DNA from: Mobula hypostoma
Taxonomy: Eukaryota
Reading direction: 5' to 3'
NCBI RefSeq assembly: GCF_963921235.1
Contig: NC_086108.1
Location: 48,858,001-48,922,000, forward strand
Length of the DNA: 64,000 nt
Shown: one piece after another, positions 1-13,304 of the stretch
How positions within the stretch are numbered: the first letter of the stretch is position 1
Layout of the letters: each line of letters begins with the position of its first letter
Notes under the pieces: model-generated
Seen by the model: only the letters and a program-made list of their open reading frames with translations
Databases searched by the model: none
What the model was told of the DNA's origin: nothing
Program-made: the position numbers and the translations under genes

Positions 1-214
1 TATTGTTTTCCCAATTCTAAAGGATGTACTTTAACCTGAAACTTTAACTCAGCTTCTTTTTCCACAGGTGCTGCCTGATCTGCTAATTATTTCAGCATTT
101 TCTGCTTTATTTCCTGTATTAGCAGTTTCCCCCCCAATTTTCAGTCTATTCATAATCAATAATGCCTTGGGTTTCAGGATAACTTGTTCTTCTAAGGTGG
201 TAATAGTGAACAGT

Positions 215-640
215 TTTGTGCCTCGCATCTAAGAAAGGATATGCCAGAGGTTACAGGGATGGAAGTGTTAACATGAGCGTTTGACTTCTCTGGGCCTGTA
301 CTTGCTGGAGGTTAGAAGAATGAGGGTGGGGATGGGAGGAGGTGGATCTCATTGAAACCTCCCAAATATTTAATGGCCAAGGTGGAGTAGATTTGGAGAG
401 GATGTTTCCAGCAGTGTGAGAATCTAGAGCTGGAGGGTATGGCCTCAGACTAGAAGGACATCCCTTAGAACAGAGATGAGCAGACATTTCTTGGGTGGTG
501 AATCTGTGGAATTCATTGACGTATATGGCTGTGGAGGCCAAGTCATTGAGTGAAGAGTGTCAAAGGTTACAGGGAGACAGCAGAAAGATGGGGGTGCAAG
601 GATAAATCAGCCATGGTCAATTGGCAGAACAGACTTAATT
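215..640 (+). mobile_element. Old CR1-like 3' remnant (others at ~61660-61960 + and ~62060-63160 -)
   Basis: GGGTGGTGAATCTGTGGAATTC and related motifs shared with the end of 18833-21991. Confidence 0.65.
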
Positions 641-2301
641 AACTCACACTACATAAAGTCTCAGCATTACAACTTCTGATGTTTGTATTCTAGTTCTGTG
701 GAAATAAGTGCTAACATTACATTTGCCTTCCTTATTACTGGCCCAGCTTGCAAATTTCCCTTCAGGGAACCCTGCACTTCATTTAGAAAATCTATACCTT
801 TATTCATAGTCATAAAGTGCAACAGCACATAATCAGGCCCTTTGGCCCATTTTGGCAGTGCCAAACTTATTCTGCCTAGTGCAATCAACCCACACCTGAA
901 CGCCAGCCCTCCATACCACACCTGTCCATGTACTTCACTAAACTTCTCAAAAGTTAAAATCGGATCCATCCATATCCACTCTGAGAAATAGAGTTCCCCT
1001 TGGGTTTTCCTTAAATATTTCTCCTTTCACCCTTAACCTGTGACCTCTAGTTCTTGTCTCAAGGTTTCAAAGGTACACTTAATGTTAGAAATGTATACAA
1101 TTTACATCTTCAAATGCTTTTTCTTCATAACCATCCGTGAAAACAGGAGTGCCCCCAAAGAAGGAATCATAGGTAAATGTTAGAACCCCAAACTGCTTCC
1201 CAGCTCCCCCTCCCACCTGTAAGCAGCAGCAAAACAATGATCCTCCCCCCCAGCATTATTTAAAAAAAAAGCATTAGCACCCACCACCGAGCATTCAAGC
1301 ATGCAGCAGAGATGCAGACATGCATTACCCCAAAGAGTACTTTTCATCCAGTATTCAGCATACCACAGGCTCTCCCTCCCTAATAAGGGAGAAAGAGGTG
1401 TCCCGTTTCACAGCGAGGGGGGAGACAGCAAACAACTCGCTGGTTTACGATGTTAAAAGTCCGTTGCGTTGCTTTTTCCGAGCTCTGTGCCCAAAGATCT
1501 CGGGTCTCTGGGCACACAGCCTTAGATCCTCTGTCTCCCACAACACATTGAACTCCAAAGGCAAGCTAATGTCTTTGGCTGCATCCTCGACATATCAAAT
1601 AGCAGCTAGTCGTGACCTCATTTACCCTATCTTTACCCCTCCTACTTTTGTATACCTCTATCAAATCTCTCCTCATTCTCCACTTCTTTAGTGAATAAAA
1701 TCCTAACCTATCCAACCTTTACTATCAGCTGGTCAATTAAAGCAGACTTAATATAAACCACCCTGAGCAAGTTGTAACTTGCAATTCATTACCCATTACA
1801 GATCTGTTTAAAATAATTTTTTGAAACTTTAACAATGTAATCAGGCACACTGATAATGTTTCAACGTTGCACAGTGCAGTTAACATTAAGGCATGGAATA
1901 TAACATGTTCTTTGTGCCACCCAGTGAATATAGCCCAGAGGCTGGGTTGAATGTACTGGATGCTGGCCATCAGTATATTTTTTCAGTATTAACACCAAAA
2001 CATTTAGCAACACTGAAGGCCTTTGTGCCATTAATGCCGATAAATCTCCTTATTGAAATAATTAACTGGTAAAGTCAGTACAGTTCTCTAAAAGGTTGTA
2101 ATACCCGTTGGAACATAATTAAGCAATTATGACAATCTTGGTCGAAGTTTTTTTTAATCAGCACGTGAATAGCAGAAAATGAAAATCAGTATCTGCAGTT
2201 GCTGGAGATTCTAAGTAAAAACAGAAATGTTGTAACACTCAACAGGTCTGGTGGTATCTGTGGTCAGACTGTACAACCCTGATGCAAACTGGGAAAATGA
2301 A

Positions 2302-2531
2302 ACCACAAAAAATGCTGGTGAACGCAGCAGGCCAGGCAGCATCTCTAGGAAGAGGTACAGTCAACGTTTCGGGCTGAGACCCTTCGTCAGGACTGGTCTA
2401 GGCCCGAAACGCCGACCGTACTTCTTCCTATAGATGCTGCCTGGCCTGCTGTGTTCACCAGCATTTTTTTTTGTGTGTGTTGCTTGAATTTCCAGAATTT
2501 GCAGATTTCCTTGTGTTTGTGTTTTTTTTAA
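2302..2531. mobile_element. Short palindromic PLE-terminus element with a hammerhead motif at 2359-2394 (-)
   Basis: Inverted arms of the PLE 3' end; possible TSD AAAATGAA at 2294-2301 and 2532-2539. Confidence 0.8.
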
Positions 2532-3850
2532 AAAATGAAGACCAGTTAGTTTTGATTTGCACGTGGTGAGGGAGAGATGGGAATATTTTTGTTGGATGAG
2601 GGCAGCGTTGCTGAGGGCATTTCAATGTTTATGGAACTATTCAGTCAAAAGATTAGTGAGTGTGGGTGAAGAGAAAATAAAGGCATATAAAGCTTTGAAA
2701 TAAAGTATCAACAAGGTAGCTTGATAAGCTGGAGTAATTTATAACAATACTGACCATATATAATGAGGAATTTTCCATTGTATATTCCTTCCCCAACCAA
2801 ATTTTAACTTATTTACTCACTAGACTTCAGGCGAGGAGTCTTTACCCTGAAACTTGAATGCTGCTTTTTCTTCCCCCCCCCCCACCCCACAGATGTTCTC
2901 AGTGGTTCCAGTTTTTTGTTATTTCTGACAATTTAGTTTTAAATGGATCTTCAATTGAGTGATAATATCCATTTCCTAAAATCATAATTTTGTTGTGGCC
3001 TTCCTTTAGATTTCTTTTGAATATTTCAATTTCTTGATGTTTATCCTGCTGGTCAGGAAAGTTCTTTCTTTTTCAATCTTTTTATTAGTTTCATAATAAT
3101 AAATATAGCATAGTATTGATACAAAGTTATTGGGAATACATCGTTGTAATTGACATAGTTAAATATAAGACCAGTTGACACTTAAATGTTAAAACTCCCA
3201 ATCATACAGGATGCAGATGAACAATATAAAACAAAAAAAATCTTTTAAAAAATCATGAAAAAAATATAAAAATATAACGCCCTCCCCCCCCCAAAAAAAC
3301 TAACCTAAACAGTGATAATCAACTAAACTGAAAAAAGACATGGGCTGTTATGTCACATCATTTAAAAAAAAAAGGAACCATTAGTGTCATGACTCCGTTC
3401 CTCTCAACAAATATTACAAAGAAATAGAATAAGTTTAGAAAAGGTCAAATTACATCATATGAAAATGTTGAATAAATGGCCTCCTAAGTCTTTTCAAATT
3501 TAATAGAGGGATTATAAAGAACACTTCTAATTTTTTTTCCAAATTTAAACACAGCATAATTTGTGAGAACCAATGAAATGTGGTAGGAGGTTTAATCTCT
3601 TTCCAATTCAGCAAAATGGATCTTCTAGCCATTAATGTCAGAAATGCAATCATCCGACGAACTGAAGAAGTTAAATGACTTGATTCTATCATTGGTAACC
3701 CAAAAATGGCAGTAATTGGCTGAGGTTGTAAATCAATATTCAAAACAGTTGAGATAATATCAAAAATATTTTTCCAATATTTTTTCAACAAAGAACATGA
3801 CCAAAACGTATGGGTTAAAGAAGCTATCTCGGAGTGACATCTATCACATA

Positions 3851-5440
3851 CAGCTTTCCCCCGCCATCCTAAGGTAGAGTGTTCCTATGAAACAGTTCAT
3901 AAGCCGGAATGTCGTAAAGCGAAGAATTAATTACCATTTATTTATATGGGAAAAATTTGTGAGCGTTCGCAGACCCAAAAATAACCTACCAAATCATGCC
4001 AAATAACACATAAAACCTAAAATAACAGTAACATATATTAAAAGCAGGAATGATATGATAAATACACAGCCTACATAAAGTAGAAATACTTTTCCACAAT
4101 CATTGCCAGACTGTTCTCCGTAGCGAAAATCTCACGCAAGTGTTCTCAGCAGAAACACGGCGCAAGCGCTCTCCAGTAACCTTTAAGCTATGAAGCTGCC
4201 AAACCATAGCAAATAACACATAAAAATACACAGCCTATATAAAGTATGTACAGTGTAGTATCACTTACAGGAATCTGGAAGACAGCACTGAGCACACTGA
4301 TGATGTGTTAGGCTGAGTCGTCGAAGGTTGGGGTGGTGCAGTGGCCCCCACCCTCCGGGCAGCAAACTGATACCGATCTGCGAAGCATGCAGGGGTACAG
4401 CGGTGGCCGGGACGCACCCGGCACATCTTTAAGAAACAAGCTGAAACAAACAAGCTAATTAATTAGGTGCCGCCTGGCACATAAATGTCGCAATCGGCAA
4501 TTGCCTCTGATCTGAGCCGACATTTACGTGCCGAGTGGCACCTAATTAATTAGCTTGTTTGTTTCGGCGTGTTTCTTAAAGATGTGCCGGGTGCGTCCCG
4601 GCCACCGCTGTACCCCTGCATGCTTCGCAGATCGGTATCAGTTTGCTGCCCGGAGGGTGGGGGCCACTGAGGTGTCATCTTGTCACCTGTTTCCATCAGG
4701 GCAGGCAGGTCATCTTCTATGTCTGCCTGCCTCGATGTCGAAGGTCGAGGTTCATCGTCTGCTGTGGCTGATGTGGAAGGCTTGCTTGACTGCTGAACCT
4801 TGAGCATTTTTCTATCATACAGTTCTTTGTAAGCACTCAAACCATCTTGCAAATTTGCCCTAAACCGATGTACCCTTTCAAAATTAAAGTGGTACTTTAT
4901 CACTGCAGCGAAAATCTCACGCTGTTGCCTCATGTTCAGTTCCTGGACGACTTCACTTTTGGTCCGTTCGCTACTGCATTGGGTTTTGATTGTTATCCTT
5001 TCCTCTTCCAATTGCATCAGCTCTTCATCTATCAGTTCTTGGTCATGAGATGCCAAAACCTCTTCAACATCATCTTCGTCAGCTTCCACAAGCCAAACTC
5101 ACTTTGTCCTTACTTCATTCACCACGATCGAAACGTTGAATTATGTCTAGTTTTACGCTAAGTGTAACACCCTTACGAGCTCTTTCAGGCTTTTCTGATA
5201 CCTTAGAACTCATCTTGCTAACGGCTGCTCACAGGCACGTGTTTAAGCAATGCCAGCGAGAATGCAGTTCCGAATCCGGGGGAGAGCGGCTGCTCGCGGC
5301 GCACGCTGCTTTTCCCCGCGCGCTGCCTTTTTTTCGTATTAGTGAAAACACCTTCTGTTAACGAAAACAGGTAACTAATATAGGTCTTTCGTAACAGTGA
5401 GGTTTCGTAAAGCGAACGTCCGAAAAGCAGGGGACACCTG
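3851..5440 (-). mobile_element. pogo/Tigger-like internally deleted DNA transposon, nested in the L1
   Basis: TA..TA flanks; imperfect TIRs CAGCTTTCCCC / GGGGACACCTG. HTH-like remnant (KRARKGVTLSVKLDII) and acidic tail (EDDVEEVLASHDQELIDEELMQLEEER); no DDD core seen. Confidence 0.85.
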
Positions 5441-8155
5441 TATAGGATTTATATAAGAATAATAACGAGATAATTTGTCTTTAGACATATGAGTCCCATG
5501 CACTACTTTAAACTGTATCAACACATGTTTAGCACATACAGAGGATTAATTAACTAATTGAAGAATTTTTTCCCATTTTTCAGTCGGTACAATAATCTTA
5601 AGTTCTCTTTCCCAATCAGTCTTAATTTTATTAGATACATCAGGACATAATTTCATAATTGTATTATAAATAATTGCTATAACATGTTTCTGAAAAAGAT
5701 TTAAATCTAAACTTTTTTCCAAAATATCCATTGAATATCAATTCGGAAAGTTAGGAGAAACAGTATTTTAAAAATTTCTAACCTGTAAATATCTAAAAAA
5801 AAAAGTGAGATCTAGGCAGATTATATTTATTAGTTAATTGTTCAAAGGACATAAAACAATTATCCAAAAATAAATCACTAAATTGAACTATGCCTTTAAT
5901 TTTCCAATCCAGATATGCTTGATCCATAATAGAGGGTTGAAAAAAGAAATTAGATGTAATAGGACTTGCTAAAATAAATTGATTCAACTCAAAAAAAATT
6001 TTGAAATTGAAACCATATACGTAAAGTATGTTTAACTATTGGGTTATCCATTTGTTTATACAATTTAGAAAGAGTAAAGGGAAGCAAAGTCCCTAAAATA
6101 GAACCCAACGAAAACCCTTGTAAAGAATTACATTCAAGATTTACCCAATGTGGACTTGAAATTACATCCAAGTCCCATAACCAAAATTTTAAATATCAAA
6201 AGTTAATTGCCCAATAGTAAAATCTAAAATTTGGCAGAGCTAAACCCCCCTCCTTTTTAGATTTCTGTAAATGTCTTTTACCTAACCTAGGATTTTTATT
6301 CTGCCATATATATGAGGAAATTTTGGAATCAACATTATCAAAAAAGGATTTTGGAATAAAAATTGGCACCTTTTAAAATGCATATTAAAAAAAATTTAGG
6401 CAAAATAATAATCTTGATAGCATTGTTCCTACCGATCAATGACAGAGACATTGGTGACCACTTAGTAAACAAAAGTTTAATCTGATCAATTAAAGATAAA
6501 AAAAATTAGCTTTGAATAAATCTTTATGCTTTTTTGTGATTTTTTTTTAAACTCCTAAATACGTAAAAGAATCAGTAACCAATTTGAATGGTGAACATCC
6601 ATAAATAGGAACCTGCAAATTTAGGGGAAATAGTTCACTCTTTTTAAGGTTCAATTTATAACCAGAAAAGTTACTAAATTGAGCCAGCAAAGATAAAATA
6701 ACGGGAATCGATTTCCCAGGATTAGAGCTATATAATAACAAATCATCTGCATATAATGATAATTTATGTATTTCATTTCCACGGGTAATACCAAAGATGT
6801 TAGGTGAGTCTCGTATGTTAATTGCTAAAGGTTCAAGGACGATATCAAATAATAATGGACTAAGAGGGCATCCCTGCCTAGTACTCTGAGATAAACGAAA
6901 AAGGGAGATCTTTGATTATTAGTACCAACCGAAGCTACAGGGGTATGATATATTAATTTAATCCAAGATATAAATATCGGACTAAAATTAACTTTCTCAA
7001 ACACACTAAATAAATATGGCCATTCAACTCTGTGGAAAGCTTTCTCAGCATCTAATGAAATAATACATTCCGGAGTGCTAAGTGAAGGAGTATAAACAAT
7101 ATTCATTAACCTCCTGATATTAAAAGATGAATAATGGTTTTTAATACATCCTGTTTGGTCCACAGAGATAATTTGAGGTAGTACCTTTTCTAACCTAGTT
7201 GCTAATATTTTAGAAAAAATTTTTGAATCTACATTCAAAATAGATATCGGTCTGTATGATGCACAATCAGTAGGATCTTTATTTTTAAGAATTAAAGAAA
7301 TAGAAGCTCCATAAAATGATTGTGGTAATTTACCTAATCTGATTGCTTCTTTAAATATTCTAGACAACCAAGGAGGGGAATGGGGGAAAAAGGCTTTAAA
7401 AATTCCACTGTAAAACCATCAGGACCAGGTGCTTTGCCAGAATTCATTGAAGAAATAACAGCTGTTATTTTTTCATCTGTAATAAGAGTTTCTAATGTTA
7501 AACATTCTTTGGGTGATAATTTCAGAAAGTTCAATTTCCTTAAAAAGTCATGCATGATGTTAGAATCATGAGGAAAATCAGAATGGTATAAAGAGGTATA
7601 AAAACCTTGAAAAGTTTTGTTTATCTCATCATGATCAACTGTCAAAGTATCATCATGTGTACGGATCTTGATAATTTGATGCTTAATTAGTAATTTTCAA
7701 TTGGTTAGCTAATAATTTACCCGATTTATCACTATGAATGTAAAATTCACTTCTACTTTTCATTAATTAATTTTCAATCGAGGATGTTAATAATAAACTG
7801 TGTTTCATTTGAAGTTCGACTCTCTGTTTATAAAGCTCCTTACGAGGAGCAATAGAATATTTCTTATCAATTTCTTTAATTTTGTCAACCAACAGAAGTA
7901 TTTCATTCTCAATATTTTTTTTCAAACCAACGGAATAAGAAATAATCTGTCCACAGATATAAGCTGTAAAAGCATCCCATGCTGTCCTGTTGGAAATTTC
8001 TTCCGTAATACTAGTTGGGGGGAAAAAAGAGATCAATCTGTTCTTTCATAAATTTAACAAAATCTGGGTCTTGAAGCAAATTAGAATTAAATTGCCATTG
8101 TCTAATAGTAGAAGAAGTATCCATTAACTTGATAGAAAGTTTCATTGGAGCATGA

Positions 8156-9151
8156 CCCAGCGCACTGGGTCCAATGTTGTTTGTAATATATATTAATGAT
8201 CTGGGTGATGGGGTGGTAAATTGGATTAGTAAGTATGCAGATGGTACTAAGATAGCTGGTGTTGTGGATGATAAGGTAGGTTTTCAAAACTTGCAGACAG
8301 ATTTAGGACAGTTAGAAGAGTGGGCTGAAAGATGGCAGATGGAGTTTAATGCAGAAAAACGTGAGATGCTACATTTTGGTAGAACTAATCAAAATAGGAC
8401 ATACATGGTAAATGGTAGGGCATTAAAGAATGCTGTATAACAGAGTGATCTAGGAATAATGGTGCATAGTTCCCTGAAGATGGAATCTCATGTGAATAGG
8501 GTAGTGAGGAATGCTTTTGGTTTGCTGGCCTTTATTAATCAGAGCATTGAGTATAGGAGATGGAATGTAATGTTGAATTTGTATAAGGCATTGGTAAGGC
8601 CAAATCTGGAGTATTGTGTACAGTTCTGGTCACGGAATTATAGGAAAGATGTCAATAAAATTGAAAGAGTACAGAGGAGGTTTACTAAAATGTTGCCTGA
8701 GTTTCACCTCCTAAGTTACAGAGAAATGTTGAACAAGTTAGGTCTTTATTCTTTGGAGCGTAGAAGGTTGAGGGGGGACTTGATAGAGGTGTTTAAAATT
8801 ATGAGGGGGATTGATAGAGTTGACGTGGTTAGACTTTTCCCATTGAGAGTGGGTAAGATTCAAACAAGAGGACATGGGTTGAGAGTTAGAGGACAAAAGT
8901 TTAGGGGTAACATGAGGGGGAACATCTTTACTCAGAGAGTGGTAGCTGTGTGGAATGTGCTTCCAGCAGAAGTGGATGAGGCAGGTTTGATGTTGTCGTT
9001 TAAAGTTAAATTGGATAGATATATGGACAGGAAAGGAATGGAGGGTTATGGGCTGAGTGCAGGTCGGTGAGACTAGGATAGGGTAAGAGTTCGGCACGGA
9101 CTAGAAGGGCGGAGATGGCCTGTTTCTGTGCTGCAATTGTTATATGGTTAT
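8156..9151 (+). mobile_element. 5'-truncated CR1-like LINE nested in L1 ORF2
   Basis: KYADGTK and LYKALVRPNLEYCVQFW motifs; GTTATATG tail repeats; ATGA duplicated at 8152-8155 and 9152-9155, interrupting the L1 SDH codons. Confidence 0.9.
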
Positions 9152-12089
9152 ATGATCTGAAATGGCAATAATGTCATAATTGCAATCAATTACAGATGAA
9201 ATTAAATGAGAGTCAATAAAAAAGTAGTCAATTCAAGAATAAGAATGATAAACATGTGAGAAGAATGAAAACTCTTTATCCTTAAGGTGTCGAAATCTCC
9301 AAATTTCTGAAATTCCAGAGTCAATCATAAAAGAGTTAATAAGAGTAGCCACCTTATTTGGTAAAGCCGGACTAGATATGGATCTATCCATCATGGGATT
9401 TAAACAGCAATTAAAATCACCCTCCATTATCAACATATCTTCGTTTAAGTTAGGGAAGGAAGTGAATAAGTGCTTAAAAAATTCAGGATAATTCACATTT
9501 GGAGCATAAACGTTAACCATAGCAACTTTTTTAAATTAAAAAGTAACCCAGTAATTAACAAAAATCTACCACTATGATCTGAAATCATACCTTGATGAGT
9601 AAATGTTATTGAGGGATCTATAAAAATTGAAACTCTTTTCACTTTACCTTGGGAGTTCGAGTGGTACTGTTGTTCTTTCCAAAACCTAAAGAATCTTTGA
9701 TTATCCTCTTTCCTCACATGAGTTTCTTGTGCAAAAATAACGTGAGCATTTAGTCTTTGGAATACTTTAAAAATCTGTTTTTGTTTTATTGGATGGTTTA
9801 AACCATTTGTATTCCAAGAGATAAAATTAACAATGTGAGCCATAACTTAATGTTAACCCTTTGGTATATAAAGAGTTAACCATAATGTAAACTCATGAGA
9901 TCGGAAGAGGAATAAATATTAAGAGCGGGAGCGGAACCGGAAATCACGACACTGCAGACATCTTTGTGGTACTAAATCAGCCCAGTAGAAAAAATTAATA
10001 AGAAAGAAAAAAAGAACCCCCCCACCCTCCACCCCTGAAATCCCCAAGCTAAGCCAGAGAAGGCTAGAGTAAGAACTAATACTAAATCTAACCCCATTTC
10101 TCCAGAAGGTAACTCCAAAAATATATGTTAAAAAGAACCCCCCTGAAATCCAATAAAAAAAATTAAACTGTACTATAATAATCTACATATTATGATTTCT
10201 AAAATGAACGAGAAAAAAAAATAAGTGCCGATACATATGATTAATCGATTAGAAACATAAATAATTGGAAATGGCACTTCAAAAAAGAGGAATTATGGGA
10301 AGAAGAAACTTAAGAAAATGGCGTAGACAGAAAGAACAAAGGAACTTATGAGAAAAGGGAAACAGACCGCCATTTTAATTATACAAAGCTAAAAATAAAG
10401 AAAATGTTCCTCCATACAGTCAAAATTTACCATCAAGTCATTGATGACAATGTCTGAAATCAAATAATTAAAAAATAATGAATTAAAGAAAAGTAAAATC
10501 ATCTGCGGGGAAAATAAACTTTAATTGAGTTATGAAAAGTACCTACACTACTAACCAAAGACGAAAATCTTGAACTTATAAAAGACTTTCTTCATACAAT
10601 AATCGAAGGCTTTTTAAAAAAAAAAGCACCTGAAAAACAGAGCCGATGCTGAGAGCGCAAAACATTAATTAAAGCATGGTATCCGTAGCAGATGAGTAGT
10701 GCTCATCCAAAAAACTTCGAGCCACACTTGTGGAATGGAAGACACGATGAGATCAGTCCGAAAGAGAAATTCTTAAACATGCAGAACACAATTAAGCCGG
10801 TCTGAGATTTTTTTGGTAGCATTCCGACGTCAAAGGTTTAAAAGCCAGCCGTGCCTTTGTTTCTTCGGGACTGTAGTCCTCGACCAAACGGAATTGATGT
10901 TGTCAATATTTAATCATGCCTTGCTGGCGGGCAATACGGATAAGATGTTCTTTAACGCTAACGTAATGGAACCGGAGAATAACTGGCCTCGGTCTAGATT
11001 CAGAGGATACCGGTTTTGGATGCAATGTGCGGTGGGCGCGGTCGAGCAATGGAGGATTATTGGGGAATACAGAACTAAACACATCCTTTAAAAATTGAGA
11101 AAAGAATATTGAAGGGTCTCCTTCCTTGACATCCTCAGGGAGACCAATTATACGTAAGTTCTGTCTTCTAGATCAGTTTTCAAGATCAATAATCTTGGAT
11201 TTAAAATGTTCCAGTTGTTTAGTGGTCAAAGATAAATTCTGCTCCAATTTCTCGATTTTTAAATCTCTCTTCTGAGATTCAGCATCTAATTCAATAATTT
11301 TACTTCGATGTTGTTTAACTTCACAATCAAGCGATTTCAGAGAGTCCGTGATTGACTTTTTCTTTAAAACTTTTATGATGTTGTTCAAATTTCTCAGTTA
11401 AACTTTGATGTTGTTCTTCAAATTTTTCATCTAAAAGCTTCTTCATAATCTCATAAGATAGCTCCGTTTGCTTAGGATCACCTTTTTCCTCCGTTCCCGT
11501 CGGAATCCTTCCCATCTTTTGTTTCACGCACTTTGGATCTTGTACTTATTTTTTTGCTCATTTCTTCAGATTTCACAGTTACAGTTCAAGGAAAGATCAG
11601 TAGTATAGAATAAATCGTCTAGGCAAAAATTAGTTAAGTAAGGGAGATCATAAGTTGAAAGAAAAAGTAACAGGATTGGAGCGAAGCCAAAGACAACTTC
11701 ACTCCATGAGCGCTCCCTGGAGAATCCTCTGGTCAGGAAAGTTGACAGTGAAAATGCAGTAAGATGTGGTTCCAATAGTTTATATTTTATTGAAGTTGCA
11801 GCACCTTTTCACTATTGGGCATTGTAATGTCTTTGGTAATCTTGCGCATTATTAAAGCATCATAGTTTTTAGTGATGGCAACAGAAACAGCAGAGTTGTC
11901 ACAGTGAAAACAGGTGTTTATTTTGGCTTCATTAGATGAATGATGATCATGTTATCATAACTTCAAGATTCTGAAAGTATTGAACTTTGATATCTTTATC
12001 TGCAGCTATATAGTCATACACAGTAATGTACTAGAAAGGGCATTGTACCAAATTGAACTTTAGAAGCATTATGACTGTTTTCCTCAAAC

Positions 12090-12285
12090 AGATGCTGGAA
12101 ATCTTGAGCAACACACGAAATGCTGGATGACCTGAGCGAGTCGAGCAGCATCTGTGGAATAAGCAGGCGATGTTTCAGGCTGAGACACTTCATCAGGACT
12201 GACAGTCTGAAACATTGCCCGTTTATTCTCCTCTATGGATGTTGCCTGACTTGCTAAGTTCCTTAAACATTTTGTGTGTCACTGC
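12090..12285. mobile_element. Older short palindromic PLE-terminus element
   Basis: Same layout as 2302-2531, more diverged. Confidence 0.7.
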
Positions 12286-13304
12286 TTGTCTATTCACTTC
12301 CTGCGACCATAATGTCCATGTAGAAGCTCCCAAAAGTCATGTTACGAACAATCAGGTCAGCTGCTTTATATTTTTAGTCAGAGTCCAATGTTTTAAAAAA
12401 AAAATTGAAAATCTCATGCATGTTCACTTAACTTTCGGATAAGGCTTTGTGCAAAGGAGAACGCCTAATAACTTGGTCATCTGAATACCACACAAACAGC
12501 TCAGAGTCAACACTTTCATTTTGTGTTGAAATGGGAGCAACAAACAATCTGGAGCAACTCAGTGGATCAGGCAGTACCGATGGTGGGTGGGGATGATAGG
12601 TGGCAAGGAATTGTCAGTGTTTTGGGTCGAGAGCCTGCATCAGGACTGGGAGTGAGAAGGAAGATGGTCAGTATAAAGAAAAAGAATGGTGAGACAGGAT
12701 ACCAAGGTGATTGGTGTTCTGAGGAGAAGTGACAGATGATGGATAGGATGTGTCATGGTGGGGGGTTAGGAGTGTGGAGTTGGGAGACAGTTGTAGGTGG
12801 GGGTAGACAGAGATGAAAGCAAAAGGGGTAGATGGAGGAAATTGGGTGGGGGAGAGGAGGGTGAAGGTTGGAGAGAAGGTGATTGGAATACAAAGGAGGT
12901 ATGCAGGTTAAGCAGGTTATAACGTGAACTATAGGTGGATGGCTAAAAGGTGGTGAGGGGGCCTGTTAAGAGAGGGAGGAGGATGTGAACAGGAGAAGCT
13001 GGTGTGGAAACCGTATGGGTTGTGGGTGACTAGAACCGAGAGGTGGACTGGTTTTGGGAGAACTGGAGGTGGGTGGGTAATGGGAGGACTGGAGGGTCAG
13101 GAAAGTTGCCTAAATTAGAAAACATTCATGCCATTAGGATACAGACCAGCTTCAATTCATTATCTTTTGAGTGACTATGTGACAACCTGATAGGGCAACA
13201 CTTCCCTTTTGCATTATGTAGAAACCTCCCTATTACAGGTGTCCCCCACTTTTCGAACGTTCGCTTTACGAAACCTCACTGTTACAAAAGACCTACATTA
13301 GTAC

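Larger units (their letters stand above)
3064..11728 (-). mobile_element. Full-length L1-clade LINE, degenerate ORF1 and ORF2
   Basis: TSD CTGGTCAGGAAAGTT at 3049-3063 and 11729-11743. ORF1 remnants ~10665-11561 (IIDLEN..SRRQNLRIIGLPE). ORF2 starts at 9843: APE (SWNTNGL, QETH, GDFN, SDH), RT (LDAEKAF, YADD) and CDRC..H..WSC zinc knuckle. A-rich 3' end near 3064. Confidence 0.93.

Noticed and set aside
11931..11990. Possible upstream NPL exon (DHVII)
   Set aside because: It does not continue into HVG..SL, and I found no suitable donor at the expected distance.
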